A DNA stretch of 32,000 bases, from the NCBI GenBank assembly GCA_025349965.1, contig CP075337.1, positions 510,001 to 542,000 on the forward strand, read 5' to 3'. The notes under the pieces are model-generated. The model was not told where the DNA came from. It saw nothing but the letters and a program-made list of their open reading frames with translations, and ran no database searches. This document shows positions 31,755 through 32,000 of this stretch, piece by piece. This stretch comes from Candidatus Saccharimonadota bacterium. Its GTDB lineage: Bacteria > Patescibacteriota > Saccharimonadia > Saccharimonadales > Saccharimonadaceae. The translations under genes were made by a program, and so were the position numbers. The first letter of the stretch is position 1. Every line of letters begins with the position of its first letter.

Positions 31755-32000
31755 ATGGGTAAGTATAAAGAACTTGTAGCCGAATATAAACAGAAGGCGA
31801 AACGAAAGTACGAGGCGCTAAAGGTGGCGCGTCGCAAGCGCAGGGAACTCCCCCTCAAAGAGCAGTTTACGCTTCTAAAAGAAGACCGGTCTAAGCGTCT
31901 TGCATGGAAACGTCGCATCAAGAAAGTACAAGATCCGCGCGAGCAGTATGCTCAAAAGAAGGGCTATAAGCAGTACCGTAAACTCCAGAATCGGAAGTTT
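31755..32000 (+). CDS. Lys/Arg-rich hypothetical protein, N-terminal part (it runs off the window and is not in the ORF track)
   Basis: My own translation gives MGKYKELVAEYKQKAKRKYEALKVARRKRRELPLKEQFTLLKEDRSKRLAWKRRIKKVQDPREQYAQKKGYKQYRKLQNRKF, with no stop before the window ends. SD-like AAGAGGG lies 6 nt upstream. Confidence 0.4.
   Translation, partial: MGKYKELVAEYKQKAKRKYEALKVARRKRRELPLKEQFTLLKEDRSKRLAWKRRIKKVQDPREQYAQKKGYKQYRKLQNRKF

Noticed and set aside
1-32000. Search for tRNA, rRNA, CRISPR arrays, transposases, integrases and long terminal or direct repeats flanking the islets
   Set aside because: None was found by eye. Intergenic regions lack T-arm/anticodon-arm patterns and regularly spaced repeats. 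The only shared flank motifs are short (6-8 nt) and not significant.

Overview
The window is a 32-kb chromosomal segment coded almost entirely on the + strand. Genes are tightly packed, often with overlapping stops and starts. Gene content and organisation resemble a small-genome Patescibacteria (Saccharibacteria/TM7-like) bacterium; this is inference only, since no search was possible. Layout: (1) 1-6934 is a low-GC Wzx/Wzy-type glycan operon: initiating sugar transferase, GT4, GT2, Wzy/EpsG-like polymerase, GT2, pyruvyltransferase and Wzx flippase. (2) 6976-11363 holds envelope genes: a G5+Excalibur protein, a membrane-anchored orphan, GalU, VanZ and an LCP ligase. (3) 11436-14696 is a histidine kinase / receiver pair, and both proteins end in long Pro/Ala-rich tails. 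(4) Housekeeping genes follow: an RsuA/RluB-like pseudouridine synthase, Der, a PgeF/YfiH-like protein, Pth, DprA and TopA. (5) 25479-32000 holds a sigma-region-4/HARE-HTH protein, a membrane-anchored type IV coupling-protein-like ATPase, orphan proteins, and a divergent XRE-HTH / basic-protein pair at the window edge. Four short GC-rich islets (about 60% GC by spot counts, against about 45-55% for housekeeping genes and about 25-42% for the glycan operon) are interspersed at 19.1-20.1 kb, 21.6-22.6 kb, 29.4-29.7 kb and 31.2-31.6 kb. The largest intergenic gap (20.1-20.6 kb) carries an orphan, ORF-poor transcription unit of about 410 nt with the best promoter in the window and a strong terminator; it is a candidate structured RNA that I could not assign to any family. 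There are also two micro-ORF units. Many start codons sit 5-10 nt downstream of a (TGn)TAnAAT box, which suggests leaderless mRNAs. I found no rRNA, tRNA, CRISPR array, transposase or integrase. All functional calls come from reading motifs in the supplied translations. No database search, RNA folding or statistics was run.
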